From the sequence record MK817115.1: a DNA stretch of 64,000 nucleotides; one strand, written 5' to 3'. The notes below the pieces were generated by a model. The model was not told the origin of the DNA. It searched no databases and worked only from the letters and a program-made list of their open reading frames with translations. Positions 48,175-57,840 of this stretch are shown here, piece by piece (the stretch's first letter is position 1; each line of letters opens with the position of its first letter). The position numbers were made by a program, and so were the translations under genes. This DNA comes from Escherichia phage vB_EcoM_phAPEC6.

Positions 48175-48620
48175 TCAAATGTGGCCTCTTCAGTAGTAAC
48201 AAAATTGATTAGTGTATCCAGTTCAGCAGTGTCAAGATAAAATACATCCAGTACTGATTTCTGATATATTACACTGAATGTGCATAGATTGTCAAGCGTT
48301 CCTTGTTCATAAACAGTACTACCCTGGAAGTACCCTTCTTCAGTACTCAGGGATAAAATGTCTGAAATTTTAAAAGATTCTTCAGTCGCATGTCTTTCTA
48401 TATTAACTAAATGTCCGTTTCGGTTCAATGAAATATAATCGTATGCTAACTCAATTAGACTATAATTATCCGCATTAGTGTCAAATAAAGCGACAATTTT
48501 TCGTCTCAATCTCTCATCGTGATCATGGTTTTCATCAGCTAAGTATTCAGGATTTTCTTTGAAGAACTTAACAACTTTTAGAATATCATTTGCTTTCTTG
48601 ATTGCACTTTCGTAACTCAT
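48171..48620 (-). CDS. EE-FQ family paralogue
   Basis: EEGYFQGSTVYE; N-terminus MSYESAIKKANDIL. Confidence 0.55.
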   Translation of the reverse strand: MSYESAIKKANDILKVVKFFKENPEYLADENHDHDERLRRKIVALFDTNADNYSLIELAYDYISLNRNGHLVNIERHATEESFKISDILSLSTEEGYFQGSTVYEQGTLDNLCTFSVIYQKSVLDVFYLDTAELDTLINFVTTEEATFE

Positions 48621-48925
48621 AATAATTCAACCACTCCATCTCTAAAGTACATATAACTACCACCATTGGATACTGTGAATTCTATTGTCCCCAATAATAT
48701 ATTATATTTTTTTATTTCACATGTAGTACTTGTAGTGTAAGGCTCACCATCTCCTAAGTACATTGACATATGACATAGAACTTTTCTACCAGCATATTTC
48801 TCTTCAAACGATTGTTCAAAACTATGCATAATTTGATTTAAAGCTGAAATGTAATTAATAAAGTCAGGTATTTCTGTCAATGAATTATAAACCGTACAAA
48901 GTGAATCAAATTCATTTTTAGTCAT
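48617..48925 (-). CDS. small helix+beta family protein (family C)
   Basis: FEEKYAGRKVLCHM. Confidence 0.5.
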   Translation of the reverse strand: MTKNEFDSLCTVYNSLTEIPDFINYISALNQIMHSFEQSFEEKYAGRKVLCHMSMYLGDGEPYTTSTTCEIKKYNILLGTIEFTVSNGGSYMYFRDGVVELL

Positions 48926-49239
48926 TATATTTCTATCTCAATGTAATCCTGTGTGATTAAGTAATCCCAATGATACTTCACCTGCTTTTGTAATTCAATT
49001 AACGTAAAGAAGTTGATCGATTTATCCCATACGAGCGATTCCTGGAAAATAAATGATTCATGTTCATCGTAATAATCACACTCTAAAAAATCAGGTATAT
49101 ATTCACTATCGTGAATGTATTCAACAAACGAACTAGCTTGGCATTTCTTTACTACTAGTAATAATGAATTATCATGATCAAACAGATACAATAAACTAAT
49201 TTCACCAGGGACGTACTGAACACTGAATAAGTTTTTCAT
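48925..49239 (-). CDS. EE-FQ family paralogue
   Basis: ESFIFQESLVWD. Confidence 0.55.
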   Translation of the reverse strand: MKNLFSVQYVPGEISLLYLFDHDNSLLLVVKKCQASSFVEYIHDSEYIPDFLECDYYDEHESFIFQESLVWDKSINFFTLIELQKQVKYHWDYLITQDYIEIEI

Positions 49240-49688
49240 TCTATACCTTCTGGATCTTTACGAAGTTCTTCGAAATCCAAATAAAATCGAGGACAGTTAA
49301 CACTCTTTAAATACCACATAATAACTAATGCTTCAAGTACTTCATCATCGTAAACAGTACTGTTTTGGAAGTAATACTCTTCACTATCCCACGGACCATC
49401 CAGTACTTCATAATTCAAAATTAATGGTTTTTTGCGATTAATAAAACGAATGCTACCATTTTCAACATAACTAATAAATTCTGCATCTCTATTGTATTCA
49501 GAAAACGATATAGGACTATTGGAATTCAACCCAAGAATAACCCTTACACCAACGGAGTTATTATACATTTCATCTTTGTAGTAGTTGCCGTTCTCGGCTT
49601 TGTACACTTCTTTGAACTTTCCTGCCTTTATATCGTCAAAGTATCCATGTAGTTCTTTTGCTTTTTCAAGAGCACTTTGTAATGACAT
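49236..49688 (-). CDS. EE-FQ family paralogue (recent tandem duplicate 1 of 5)
   Basis: MSLQSALEKAKELH ... EEYYFQNSTVYD ... VIMWYLKS. Confidence 0.6.
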   Translation of the reverse strand: MSLQSALEKAKELHGYFDDIKAGKFKEVYKAENGNYYKDEMYNNSVGVRVILGLNSNSPISFSEYNRDAEFISYVENGSIRFINRKKPLILNYEVLDGPWDSEEYYFQNSTVYDDEVLEALVIMWYLKSVNCPRFYLDFEELRKDPEGIE

Positions 49689-50154
49689 TACCTTCTCCTA
49701 CAGTATTCTCTACATATTCATAATCAAAATAGAAACTACTGGAGTCAATACTTTTGAAATACCACATAATCACAATAACATCCAGTTCTTCTTCATTGTA
49801 CAACGTACTATTCTGGAAGTAATACTCTTCACTATCCCACGGACCTTCTAGTACTGAATAAGGAATGATAGTGTCATCAGCATCACTATCTGTGTTGTAG
49901 ATGGTAATATCTTCATTACGGCAATAACTAATGTACTGATTGTACATATGATATTCACAGTTATCACTGTCACCAGTATCAGTGTGCAGTACTAATGTTT
50001 CTGCACATATCTCGGACTCGTCATAATCGTCACGGTCTTTTACAAAAAATTCAGTATCAGATGTTTTATATACACCTGGAACTGAACCTTCTTGTACCAT
50101 AATCATATACTCATGAATCTTCTTTGCTTCTTTCAATGCACTTTGTAACGACAT
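49666..50154 (-). CDS. EE-FQ family paralogue (recent tandem duplicate 2 of 5)
   Basis: MSLQSALKEAKKIH ... EEYYFQNSTLYN. Confidence 0.6.
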   Translation of the reverse strand: MSLQSALKEAKKIHEYMIMVQEGSVPGVYKTSDTEFFVKDRDDYDESEICAETLVLHTDTGDSDNCEYHMYNQYISYCRNEDITIYNTDSDADDTIIPYSVLEGPWDSEEYYFQNSTLYNEEELDVIVIMWYFKSIDSSSFYFDYEYVENTVGEGNVITKCS

Positions 50155-50597
50155 TACAAATCCCCTGAACTTAAATATTCACATGCTCCCCAGTCAAGAA
50201 AGAATGGTTCAAAATTCAATTCCTTAAAGTACCACAACACAACCAAGGAATCAAGCATTTCTTGGTTAAAAATGAAACTCTGTTGGAAGTAATACTCTTC
50301 AGTACCCCACGGGCCATCAAGTACCCCGAAGTCAACAGGTGCATTTGATGTGTCAAACGTAATCTTAGTACCTGGAATATATACAAAAAAACTAGTATAT
50401 TGACTACATGAAGAGTACTGTATAGTATTGTCTTTATCCTGTCCCATAAGTAAAATATCATCAGAGTATGTCTTTATACCTGATAGATAATACTCATCAC
50501 CAAATGCACTTACTTTATCACCATAGAACCCACTTTTTATGTTATCGTGGAAGTGATGTATTCTGTGTGCTAGTTCAAGTGCACTTGCTAAACTCAT
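50154..50597 (-). CDS. EE-FQ family paralogue (recent tandem duplicate 3 of 5)
   Basis: MSLASALELAHRIH ... EEYYFQQSFIFN. Confidence 0.6.
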   Translation of the reverse strand: MSLASALELAHRIHHFHDNIKSGFYGDKVSAFGDEYYLSGIKTYSDDILLMGQDKDNTIQYSSCSQYTSFFVYIPGTKITFDTSNAPVDFGVLDGPWGTEEYYFQQSFIFNQEMLDSLVVLWYFKELNFEPFFLDWGACEYLSSGDL

Positions 50598-51064
50598 ATA
50601 TCCTCTTTAATAACTCGTAGTAGATCCAAGTCCAAATAGAAGCTAGGACAATCTGTATTATTAAAGTACCACAGAATGACAAGCTTGTCAAGTACATCTT
50701 CCTCGTAGATAGTATTCTGCTGGAAGTAGTACTCTTCACTTCCCCAGTCATTATCCAGTACTGAATACGGAAGATGTTTCTCTGCTGCACCAGATATAAT
50801 GTCAGAATCTTGTATTAAAATATCAGCATCACGACAGAAGTACATGTAATTATCTTCCAAATTAACATCACACCCATTGAGTGTTGTTTCAGAAGAATCT
50901 AAGTTTTCTTCATACATGTGAATGTACTCACTACTGTCATCGTATCTCATTCGACAATAAGATTTACCTTCCTTGAATAGATATCCATTGAGACAATTTG
51001 CTACAATTTCTTTGCTGCATAAATCAATTAACTTCGCAATCTCTAATGCTCTTTCTAAACTCAT
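50594..51064 (-). CDS. EE-FQ family paralogue (recent tandem duplicate 4 of 5)
   Basis: MSLERALEIAKLID ... EEYYFQQNTIYE. Confidence 0.6.
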   Translation of the reverse strand: MSLERALEIAKLIDLCSKEIVANCLNGYLFKEGKSYCRMRYDDSSEYIHMYEENLDSSETTLNGCDVNLEDNYMYFCRDADILIQDSDIISGAAEKHLPYSVLDNDWGSEEYYFQQNTIYEEDVLDKLVILWYFNNTDCPSFYLDLDLLRVIKEDI

Positions 51065-51065
51065 T

Positions 51066-51557
51066 TTAACCCCTGTTAATACCGTTATCTACAGTTTTCT
51101 TTACGTATTTGTAATCGAAATAGAAGTTCCCAGAACCAATACTTTTAAAGTACCACATAATTATAATAACATCAAGTACTTCATTATCGTATACAGTACT
51201 TTGTTGGAAGTAATACTCTTCACTATCCCACGGACCTTCCAGTACTTCACTCGGAATTATAATGTCATCGGAATCGCTATCAGTACTGTAGATGGTATCT
51301 GTATCATTAATATAGACCATGTACTCATTATGCATATTAATGAAGCATTCATAATCATTAGGGTCGGTATCCAGTACACACGTTTCTGTATCCAGTACGC
51401 ACGTTTCTGTATCTGAGCAGTCATTATAAAGGAGGTTATCCGGTACATAATATTGAGTACTTGTGTCTTTGAAAACACCGTAAACTGAACCTTCTTTTGC
51501 CATATTCATGTACTCATGAATCTTCTTTGCTTTTTCCAATGAACTCTGTAATGTCAT
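51066..51557 (-). CDS. EE-FQ family paralogue (recent tandem duplicate 5 of 5)
   Basis: MTLQSSLEKAKKIH ... EEYYFQQSTVYD; carries internal 7-aa duplication DTETCVL. Confidence 0.6.
   Translation of the reverse strand: MTLQSSLEKAKKIHEYMNMAKEGSVYGVFKDTSTQYYVPDNLLYNDCSDTETCVLDTETCVLDTDPNDYECFINMHNEYMVYINDTDTIYSTDSDSDDIIIPSEVLEGPWDSEEYYFQQSTVYDNEVLDVIIIMWYFKSIGSGNFYFDYKYVKKTVDNGINRG
51370..51411. repeat. 21-bp tandem direct repeat (2 units, 1 mismatch), in-frame within 51066..51557
   Basis: tccagtacacacgtttctgta / tccagtacgcacgtttctgta. Confidence 0.8.
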
Positions 51558-51566
51558 TTTATAATC

Positions 51567-51926
51567 TCATATATTGAAATAATAATTATTCGTTCTTGAT
51601 GGGGATGGATTAAATACGTTTTCTTTTTCAAATCTCTTCATTTCATTTTGCAAAGAAACCATTTCTTCAAATGTACAGGAGTACTTATTCTTATCAAACA
51701 CTAATGCAGCCTGAAATAGTTCACCATCGTCCAGTACTGTATAATCTATAAGACTCTCAGATTCATAGTCATAGTCGTCATGTGATACATGAATAAATTT
51801 AAAACAAGAATCTTTGTAATGCATATATAAACTCAACTCATGTTCCGAGTCGCCCTTAATAAGATTACAGCACAAGTCCCATCCTTTAGGTAACTTATAA
51901 TAGTACATAGAATAATCATATGTCAT
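51567..51926 (-). CDS. EE-FQ family paralogue (short subfamily)
   Basis: DDGELFQAALVFDKNKYSCTFEEM. Confidence 0.55.
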   Translation of the reverse strand: MTYDYSMYYYKLPKGWDLCCNLIKGDSEHELSLYMHYKDSCFKFIHVSHDDYDYESESLIDYTVLDDGELFQAALVFDKNKYSCTFEEMVSLQNEMKRFEKENVFNPSPSRTNNYYFNI

Positions 51927-52279
51927 TCTTGAATTCCTAAATTGAATTTGTATTCTTGATTAATACTTGCATTGGGTTTATGCAAAGCAGCATACTCTTT
52001 CATTTCATTTTGTATTGCAATAACTTCTTCAAATGTACACAAGTACTTCTTATCAAATACTAATGATTCTTGGAATAGTTCTGCGGTATCCATTAATGTA
52101 TAGTCCGGCATATCTTGGTGTGGATACTGTAATGAACTGTAATCAATGAATGTAAATTTACCCTGAGTGTAATGAATATACTCATTTGCACTGTGCATTA
52201 AATCACCTTTGTTTAAATTACAAAAGTACTGATAACTGTGCTTGAAAGTATGTACTGATATTAAAAAATCAAATTCCAT
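51923..52279 (-). CDS. EE-FQ family paralogue (short subfamily)
   Basis: DTAELFQESLVFDKKYLCTFEEV. Confidence 0.55.
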   Translation of the reverse strand: MEFDFLISVHTFKHSYQYFCNLNKGDLMHSANEYIHYTQGKFTFIDYSSLQYPHQDMPDYTLMDTAELFQESLVFDKKYLCTFEEVIAIQNEMKEYAALHKPNASINQEYKFNLGIQE

Positions 52280-52291
52280 CAGTACTCAACC
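52210..52291. repeat. 82-bp direct repeat, copy A (5' end of gene 51923..52279)
   Basis: Near-identical to 52729..52810 (2 mismatches by eye). Confidence 0.75.
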
Positions 52292-52650
52292 TCTACATAA
52301 ATAGATTCAGGAAACTTAGTCATATAATCTTCTGGATAGTTCTGCATTACTTTGATCATTTCTGCCTGTGTAGCACGGACGTATTCAATTGGTGCTCCTG
52401 GTAAATTCCAGACAGTACTTTCCTGAAAGAATTCCTCTTCTGACAGTACTGTCAGATTTACAAAATCATTACGGTAATTTTTTGAATCATCATATGTGAA
52501 GATTTTAAAAGACCCATTTTCATATAGTACAAGAACAAAATGGGAGAATTTTTGTAATGCACCACCAAGGCTTTCCACGACCGCATGATTCAGTGTACAG
52601 ATGACCTCTTTTTTCCTCATACCGAATTGAATTCTAATTTCTTTTTTCAT
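52279..52650 (-). CDS. EE-FQ family paralogue (short subfamily)
   Basis: SEEEFFQESTVWN. Confidence 0.55.
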   Translation of the reverse strand: MKKEIRIQFGMRKKEVICTLNHAVVESLGGALQKFSHFVLVLYENGSFKIFTYDDSKNYRNDFVNLTVLSEEEFFQESTVWNLPGAPIEYVRATQAEMIKVMQNYPEDYMTKFPESIYVEVEY

Positions 52651-52651
52651 A

Positions 52652-52808
52652 AAATCTCCTTCAGATTAGTACTGAATTTGTACAGAATATTAGAACTGTA
52701 TACAGCCTCTGTATCTGTATCCATAATCAAATCACCTTTGTTTAAATTACAAAAGTACTGATAACTGTGCTTAAAAGAATGTACTGATATTAAAAAATCA
52801 AATTCCAT
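52652..52808 (-). pseudogene. remnant ORF (52 aa): duplicated N-terminus of an EE-FQ short-subfamily gene
   Basis: Own translation MEFDFLISVHSFKHSYQYFCNLNKGDLIMDTDTEAVYSSNILYKFSTNLKEIL; first 27 aa almost identical to N-terminus of 51923..52279; overlaps neighbours at both ends. Confidence 0.5.
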
Positions 52809-52810
52809 CA
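52729..52810. repeat. 82-bp direct repeat, copy B
   Basis: aaatcacctttgtttaaattacaaaagtactgataactgtgctt...tcaaattccatca. Confidence 0.75.
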
Positions 52811-53185
52811 CTCTTCCCCTAGATTGAAATGATTACAAAAATCATCTTCACCAGTACTGCACCAGATATCTATACATTCCCTGTGAATACATTTAATTCT
52901 ACGCTGTAATTCAATCATCTCTTCTAATGTACAGATGTACTTCTTATCAAATACTAATGCCGCCTGAAACAGTGCAGCATCATCAAGTACTGTATAGTCC
53001 AACATCTCGGTTGCTTTACCCCTAAACCCAGTACTAAAATCCATCAAATAAAAGTCAGCATTCCAGTACTTTAAAATCTTGTCCCTAGCGTAGTTTAAAT
53101 CACCCTTGTATAAGTTAGAGTGCGTAACTAACTCACCAGTGTACATCCATGTCCTTGCACAAAATTCATTATATTTTATTTCCAT
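52808..53185 (-). CDS. EE-FQ family paralogue (short subfamily)
   Basis: DDAALFQAALVFDKKYICTLEEM; start set at MEIKYNEF (track start 53293 over-extended). Confidence 0.5.
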   Translation of the reverse strand: MEIKYNEFCARTWMYTGELVTHSNLYKGDLNYARDKILKYWNADFYLMDFSTGFRGKATEMLDYTVLDDAALFQAALVFDKKYICTLEEMIELQRRIKCIHRECIDIWCSTGEDDFCNHFNLGEE

Positions 53186-53381
53186 CTTAATCTCTACTAT
53201 AATTAATAAGGTAAACTCCAATATAAGGAGCACGTTGCGGGGGCGGGGTATTTTTTGTTTCAGGAAACATGAACTGTACTCTGAAAAACACAATATAAAA
53301 CTTTATATTAAACATATACCTTAGCATGTTTTTCAGCGGAAATTTTTTTGACCCCCTGCGGCCTGTCAAAACGAAACGTCT

Positions 53382-53606
53382 CTATTTATTCAGCCTAGAA
53401 ACCTTGATTTCTTCAATCCTTTTCATTGCACAAAGCCTTCGACTCGTCCTCTCGTATATATTCAATACTCGCTGTAATGCATTATCTGTATTATCTGCAA
53501 CTGCAATCTGAACCAAATATGTATCCTTCAAAATAGAATCCATCATGAATTCAAAACCTTTCACACTAAAGCAATATGCCACTTCCGGCTCTTCAAACGT
53601 AATCAT
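53382..53606 (-). CDS. hypothetical protein
   Basis: ORF track. Confidence 0.4.
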   Translation of the reverse strand: MITFEEPEVAYCFSVKGFEFMMDSILKDTYLVQIAVADNTDNALQRVLNIYERTSRRLCAMKRIEEIKVSRLNK

Positions 53607-53796
53607 AATTCCAATCCCCTATTCCCTCTAACCTTCTAAGATATCTTGCGTAAATTATTTCGAAATATCTGTGCAACGAAATTACGGATTGCTCATAATC
53701 ATCATTCCTGTACATTGTGCATGTCAGAAAATCATTTAACCCAAAATCTAAACTGCACTTGAACTTCTCCTTAGCAACATCTCTAAAATTATTCAT
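53593..53796 (-). CDS. hypothetical protein
   Basis: ORF track. Confidence 0.4.
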   Translation of the reverse strand: MNNFRDVAKEKFKCSLDFGLNDFLTCTMYRNDDYEQSVISLHRYFEIIYARYLRRLEGIGDWNYDYV

Positions 53797-53978
53797 AATA
53801 TGTCCTCTGTACAGCGTAGGTGTACTGTGAACTCAGCACCACTAATAGGTAATCTATATTGTAAGCACGATTTCCTCGTTGACTAGCACGGCTGGAATAA
53901 AGAATATTATCCACATATGTATTGAACTGATCTTCAAATAACTCTTTCATCAGCATTATACCATCACATAATCATACA

Positions 53979-54531
53979 TCATACATTAACAACTTTATCG
54001 ATGTAATCTTCTAACATATCAATATATCTGGTATTGGTTCTAACTAAAAGGTATGCAAATCCAGAGAACTCCTGTGTATAATGCTTTACAGCGTACATAC
54101 AACGAAGCTTATCATTGTCATACATTGTACTGTACTGAAACAAACTCTCGTCTGATAGCTCTAATAACGCTTGGGCTTCACTTCTCGTGAACTTCATAGG
54201 GTCATGTACTGCATCACAAAAACAAACCTGTGTCTCGCTATTGAAACCCTGTGATAGATATATACCTTCACACTCTGAACGCACCGATACTGCATTATAA
54301 CTATGTGTTGCCCCCATCATATCTGAACTCAAAACTAAAATCAACCCATTTTTATTTTTAATCAACAAATCTGACTTAAGGGATTTGATCTCCGTATGGG
54401 AAATATCACCAAATCTTCCTGGGACTTCAAACTTATCAACGTTGTATACAATCTTTTGTACTTGCTCTTTTAAACGCTTAATTGCACTTCTGTCTTTTTC
54501 TAATGTATCTAATAAACTCATTGAACTCATT
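53979..54531 (-). CDS. EE-FQ family paralogue
   Basis: DESLFQYSTMYD; start set at MSSMSLLDTLEK, matching the family N-terminus. Confidence 0.5.
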
Positions 54532-54540
54532 GTACTTTCC

Positions 54541-54882
54541 TTACATATTTGTACCGAACAAAACGGAACTGCGAACGTCATTGATCGACAATTCATGTAC
54601 ATATATATTTTGTCTGAACAAAGGAACTAATTGAACTAAACTTTGTTGCATAACAATATGCATATGTAAATTGTCATATGCCGTTTCGTATTGGAAACGT
54701 GCTGCTTCATCTTCTATGAAATTAGGAACTTGGACTGGATTTTCAAAATTTGTTCTTGAACTGAACTGCACATCATTATCCTGTACTTTAATACCATATG
54801 CATTATCATCATCATATACATCTAATTCAATTAAACTACCATCACTTTTTATGTTTACCACACAAACCGAAAATCGACTCAT
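54541..54882 (-). CDS. EE-FQ family paralogue
   Basis: EAARFQYETAYD. Confidence 0.5.
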   Translation of the reverse strand: MSRFSVCVVNIKSDGSLIELDVYDDDNAYGIKVQDNDVQFSSRTNFENPVQVPNFIEDEAARFQYETAYDNLHMHIVMQQSLVQLVPLFRQNIYVHELSINDVRSSVLFGTNM

Positions 54883-55394
54883 AAACCTATTTCCTCTAAA
54901 TCTTTGACAAATGTATCATAATCCGATAATGACAAAAATATGTCTGTACTGATGTTTTGACGTAATGTATTAAACAAATTATGTACCTGTAATAAATCAG
55001 GTGCATAAATCAGGGATTGCTGGAAATACGATTCTTCTGTATCTAATATATCCCTGCACTCAATTTCACGAACTCGTTGGTATATTGAATTTAATAATAC
55101 ATTTTCATCTTTGAGCATTGGAAGGTATCTGATGTACATGTGCTCCATCAACTCATCCTGGATTGAACCCCTGAACTGCAACACGTATTCAAAACACATC
55201 ACTACATCTTGTAGGTAATTGGCACTGTAATTATTGCTGTAAACAATCTTATGACTTCTGAACTCATCATCATTTCTGAACCAATCGTCACCCACTTTGG
55301 TGTACTTATGACTAAGCTTCCCATCCTCCAACGCTCGAATGAACTTCATAATGTTAATTGCAAAATCATATGAATGATGCTTGTGTTGATGCAT
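54879..55394 (-). CDS. EE-FQ family paralogue
   Basis: EESYFQQSLIYA. Confidence 0.55.
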   Translation of the reverse strand: MHQHKHHSYDFAINIMKFIRALEDGKLSHKYTKVGDDWFRNDDEFRSHKIVYSNNYSANYLQDVVMCFEYVLQFRGSIQDELMEHMYIRYLPMLKDENVLLNSIYQRVREIECRDILDTEESYFQQSLIYAPDLLQVHNLFNTLRQNISTDIFLSLSDYDTFVKDLEEIGL

Positions 55395-55402
55395 TTTTTA
55401 CC

Positions 55403-55597
55403 TCAATTCTGTCCGAAAAAATAACCAAAATGTTTAAAACAAGAAAGCATTACTATGTTCATCACTCTATCATCAAATTCATCTTGTGTTTCTGCACATA
55501 ATGTTTCACAGATATTCAAATGTAATAATTCAAGCTGGAAACTGTCGGTGAACCAATCAAACTTACGGTATTTTTGTTTAACATCAACTGTAAGCAT
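55403..55597 (-). CDS. small hypothetical protein
   Basis: ORF track. Confidence 0.4.
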   Translation of the reverse strand: MLTVDVKQKYRKFDWFTDSFQLELLHLNICETLCAETQDEFDDRVMNIVMLSCFKHFGYFFGQN

Positions 55598-55598
55598 A

Positions 55599-56222
55599 CT
55601 ATATATCCAACCCTTTTACAACATCTACGAAATGTTCAAACACTTCTTTTGAAAAATAACCACCTTCACAAAAAAGCATACTAAACGGTGGCAGCATGTC
55701 CGATAACTCTTTAGCTAAATTGATTTCTGCTCTTAACTCTTGAACATCAATGATATCATGTACTAACGATAATTGAAACATGAATGCATCTACATCTTCA
55801 TTCATTTCTGAATTGTAATATAACTCTTCAGGGAATTTGTCGGTTTCGTAATAATAAAAAACTTTATTGTTGAACACACCACTAATAGGAACATCATTTT
55901 CATCTTTCTTTGAAATGTTTGTTTCCCATGACTCTATATTATTAGGAACAAAAAAATCATAGGCTGATTTTGAACCCTGTACTGAATCCAACTTTATTCC
56001 ATAATATTCCGTATCCATGTATTTCTGCTGTAATGTAATACCACGTGTACTGACATTCACTTGGAATATATCATCTTTATCTGGAACACTAAATGGAATA
56101 CATAACACTGAATTCTCAGGGTATTTGGCAATGAATGCATCCAGCACTTTATTAAGCACCGGAATGGCAATTTTACTGTACTGCATCAAATCATACATTT
56201 TAATTCTGGTCATATCATTCAC
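55599..56222 (-). CDS. EE-FQ family paralogue
   Basis: DAFMFQLSLVHD. Confidence 0.55.
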   Translation of the reverse strand: MNDMTRIKMYDLMQYSKIAIPVLNKVLDAFIAKYPENSVLCIPFSVPDKDDIFQVNVSTRGITLQQKYMDTEYYGIKLDSVQGSKSAYDFFVPNNIESWETNISKKDENDVPISGVFNNKVFYYYETDKFPEELYYNSEMNEDVDAFMFQLSLVHDIIDVQELRAEINLAKELSDMLPPFSMLFCEGGYFSKEVFEHFVDVVKGLDI

Positions 56223-56742
56223 CTGTGTATGTTTTCACCCTTAGCGATTCAAAATCCCATACATCACTGATTGTACCATTGTGCCTGTAATCATAATATT
56301 CTACTAATACATTATACAATAACTTCAACGATACAAATTCATGATTCCACGGAGCTTTATTCTCATGAACACATTTGGTGATATAAGGTATAATATATAA
56401 ACTAAACAACACTAATGGTGAATGTATACATTGCATTTGAAAATATTCTTCTTCTTGCATACAATGCTCAGGAATAATCAATTCCGTATGTGACCCTAAG
56501 CTATACGAACCTGCTGTGTATTTTTTCGTATCACATGCGTACCATATTGTACTATCCGAAATAAATGGAATGATACCATTATTGTTTGCAATGTACATCA
56601 TATGGTAAGAGCGATTTGTCTTGTTAAATATCTCAATACTTTCGATATTACTACAAATCATGTATTCAATGCAATCAATAATCTTATCTTTAAATGCACC
56701 AATTTCATTGAATGTCATTGATTTCTGCACTTCACTGCTCAT
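56215..56742 (-). CDS. EE-FQ family paralogue
   Basis: EEEYFQMQCIHS. Confidence 0.55.
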   Translation of the reverse strand: MSSEVQKSMTFNEIGAFKDKIIDCIEYMICSNIESIEIFNKTNRSYHMMYIANNNGIIPFISDSTIWYACDTKKYTAGSYSLGSHTELIIPEHCMQEEEYFQMQCIHSPLVLFSLYIIPYITKCVHENKAPWNHEFVSLKLLYNVLVEYYDYRHNGTISDVWDFESLRVKTYTGE

Positions 56743-57281
56743 ATGTTCTCCTTAAAAAAATTCAAATACTCTTCATTGAAAGCATATGTATCATCTTTTT
56801 TGTTATGCACCACATAATCATAAAGAGCTATGAATGCAGGGATTATGATCTTACATGATTTATTATTGTATTTGTACTGCTCCAAATCAACGGTGTTCAA
56901 TTTAGCAATAAGCATAGCAGCAAAGATATCTTCATGGCGGTGTACTGTGCTGTACTGAAAATATTCATCCTCTCCAATATCGGGATGATATAACGGTATA
57001 ACCAAATTATTACGAATTGACATCTTATATTTTTGTAATGCAGCTAAATGTATGAACCACAATCTATCTTCATTGAAATATGGAAAAATAATTTTGTCTG
57101 TGCTAATAAAAATTTCTTCATTTCGATTATTTGTCACAAGAGGTGCATACATTTTAATTTTTGCAGATTTAATAATTAAATTAAAAATATAATGAATCTT
57201 ATGAACTGCACTTGATGCATCTTCGTATGTACTTGGGATTATGAAACTCACTATATGTTCTCCTTTAAAATGAATACACAT
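56739..57281 (-). CDS. EE-FQ family paralogue
   Basis: EDEYFQYSTVHR. Confidence 0.55.
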   Translation of the reverse strand: MCIHFKGEHIVSFIIPSTYEDASSAVHKIHYIFNLIIKSAKIKMYAPLVTNNRNEEIFISTDKIIFPYFNEDRLWFIHLAALQKYKMSIRNNLVIPLYHPDIGEDEYFQYSTVHRHEDIFAAMLIAKLNTVDLEQYKYNNKSCKIIIPAFIALYDYVVHNKKDDTYAFNEEYLNFFKENI

Positions 57282-57333
57282 GATAACAGCTTTGGTCTTC
57301 TATGTCAATACCAAAACGAAAAAAGCCCATATC

Positions 57334-57840
57334 TTACGATACAGGCGTTCTGGGCATGTTGATTTGAATTTCATTGTACAAATCATCAATATATAGACAT
57401 GAAAAAAATACACTATCTTGTACTATATTGTTGTGATAAAGCATTTTAAATACTACATAAAAAAATAAATCAATATCATCGTGGACTAAATTCTGCTGGA
57501 ACCACCACTCGTCTGTTAAATCTTGTGCATTAAAATCATCAGGAACTTCAATGAACGACATATCACAATCTTCTTTGTACTCAAACCACATGTCGTCATT
57601 CGGATAACGTTCATGCTTCTCTGGGTAACAATTGCTGGGATTAAATGTTAAAATATTAAACCCCGTAGAGCAACGTTCTTTATTTAAAAATGTATTATTC
57701 CATACCTGATATTTTTCACCAACATCAAGCTCTTCTGTTACTGATTTTATTGCACATAATGTACTGTATATTGTTTCTATCTTGTGAACATATTTAAATG
57801 CAGCATCTAAGCTGAACTCTAAATCATACATGTACTGCAT
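57334..57840 (-). CDS. EE-FQ family paralogue
   Basis: DEWWFQQNLVHD. Confidence 0.55.
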   Translation of the reverse strand: MQYMYDLEFSLDAAFKYVHKIETIYSTLCAIKSVTEELDVGEKYQVWNNTFLNKERCSTGFNILTFNPSNCYPEKHERYPNDDMWFEYKEDCDMSFIEVPDDFNAQDLTDEWWFQQNLVHDDIDLFFYVVFKMLYHNNIVQDSVFFSCLYIDDLYNEIQINMPRTPVS

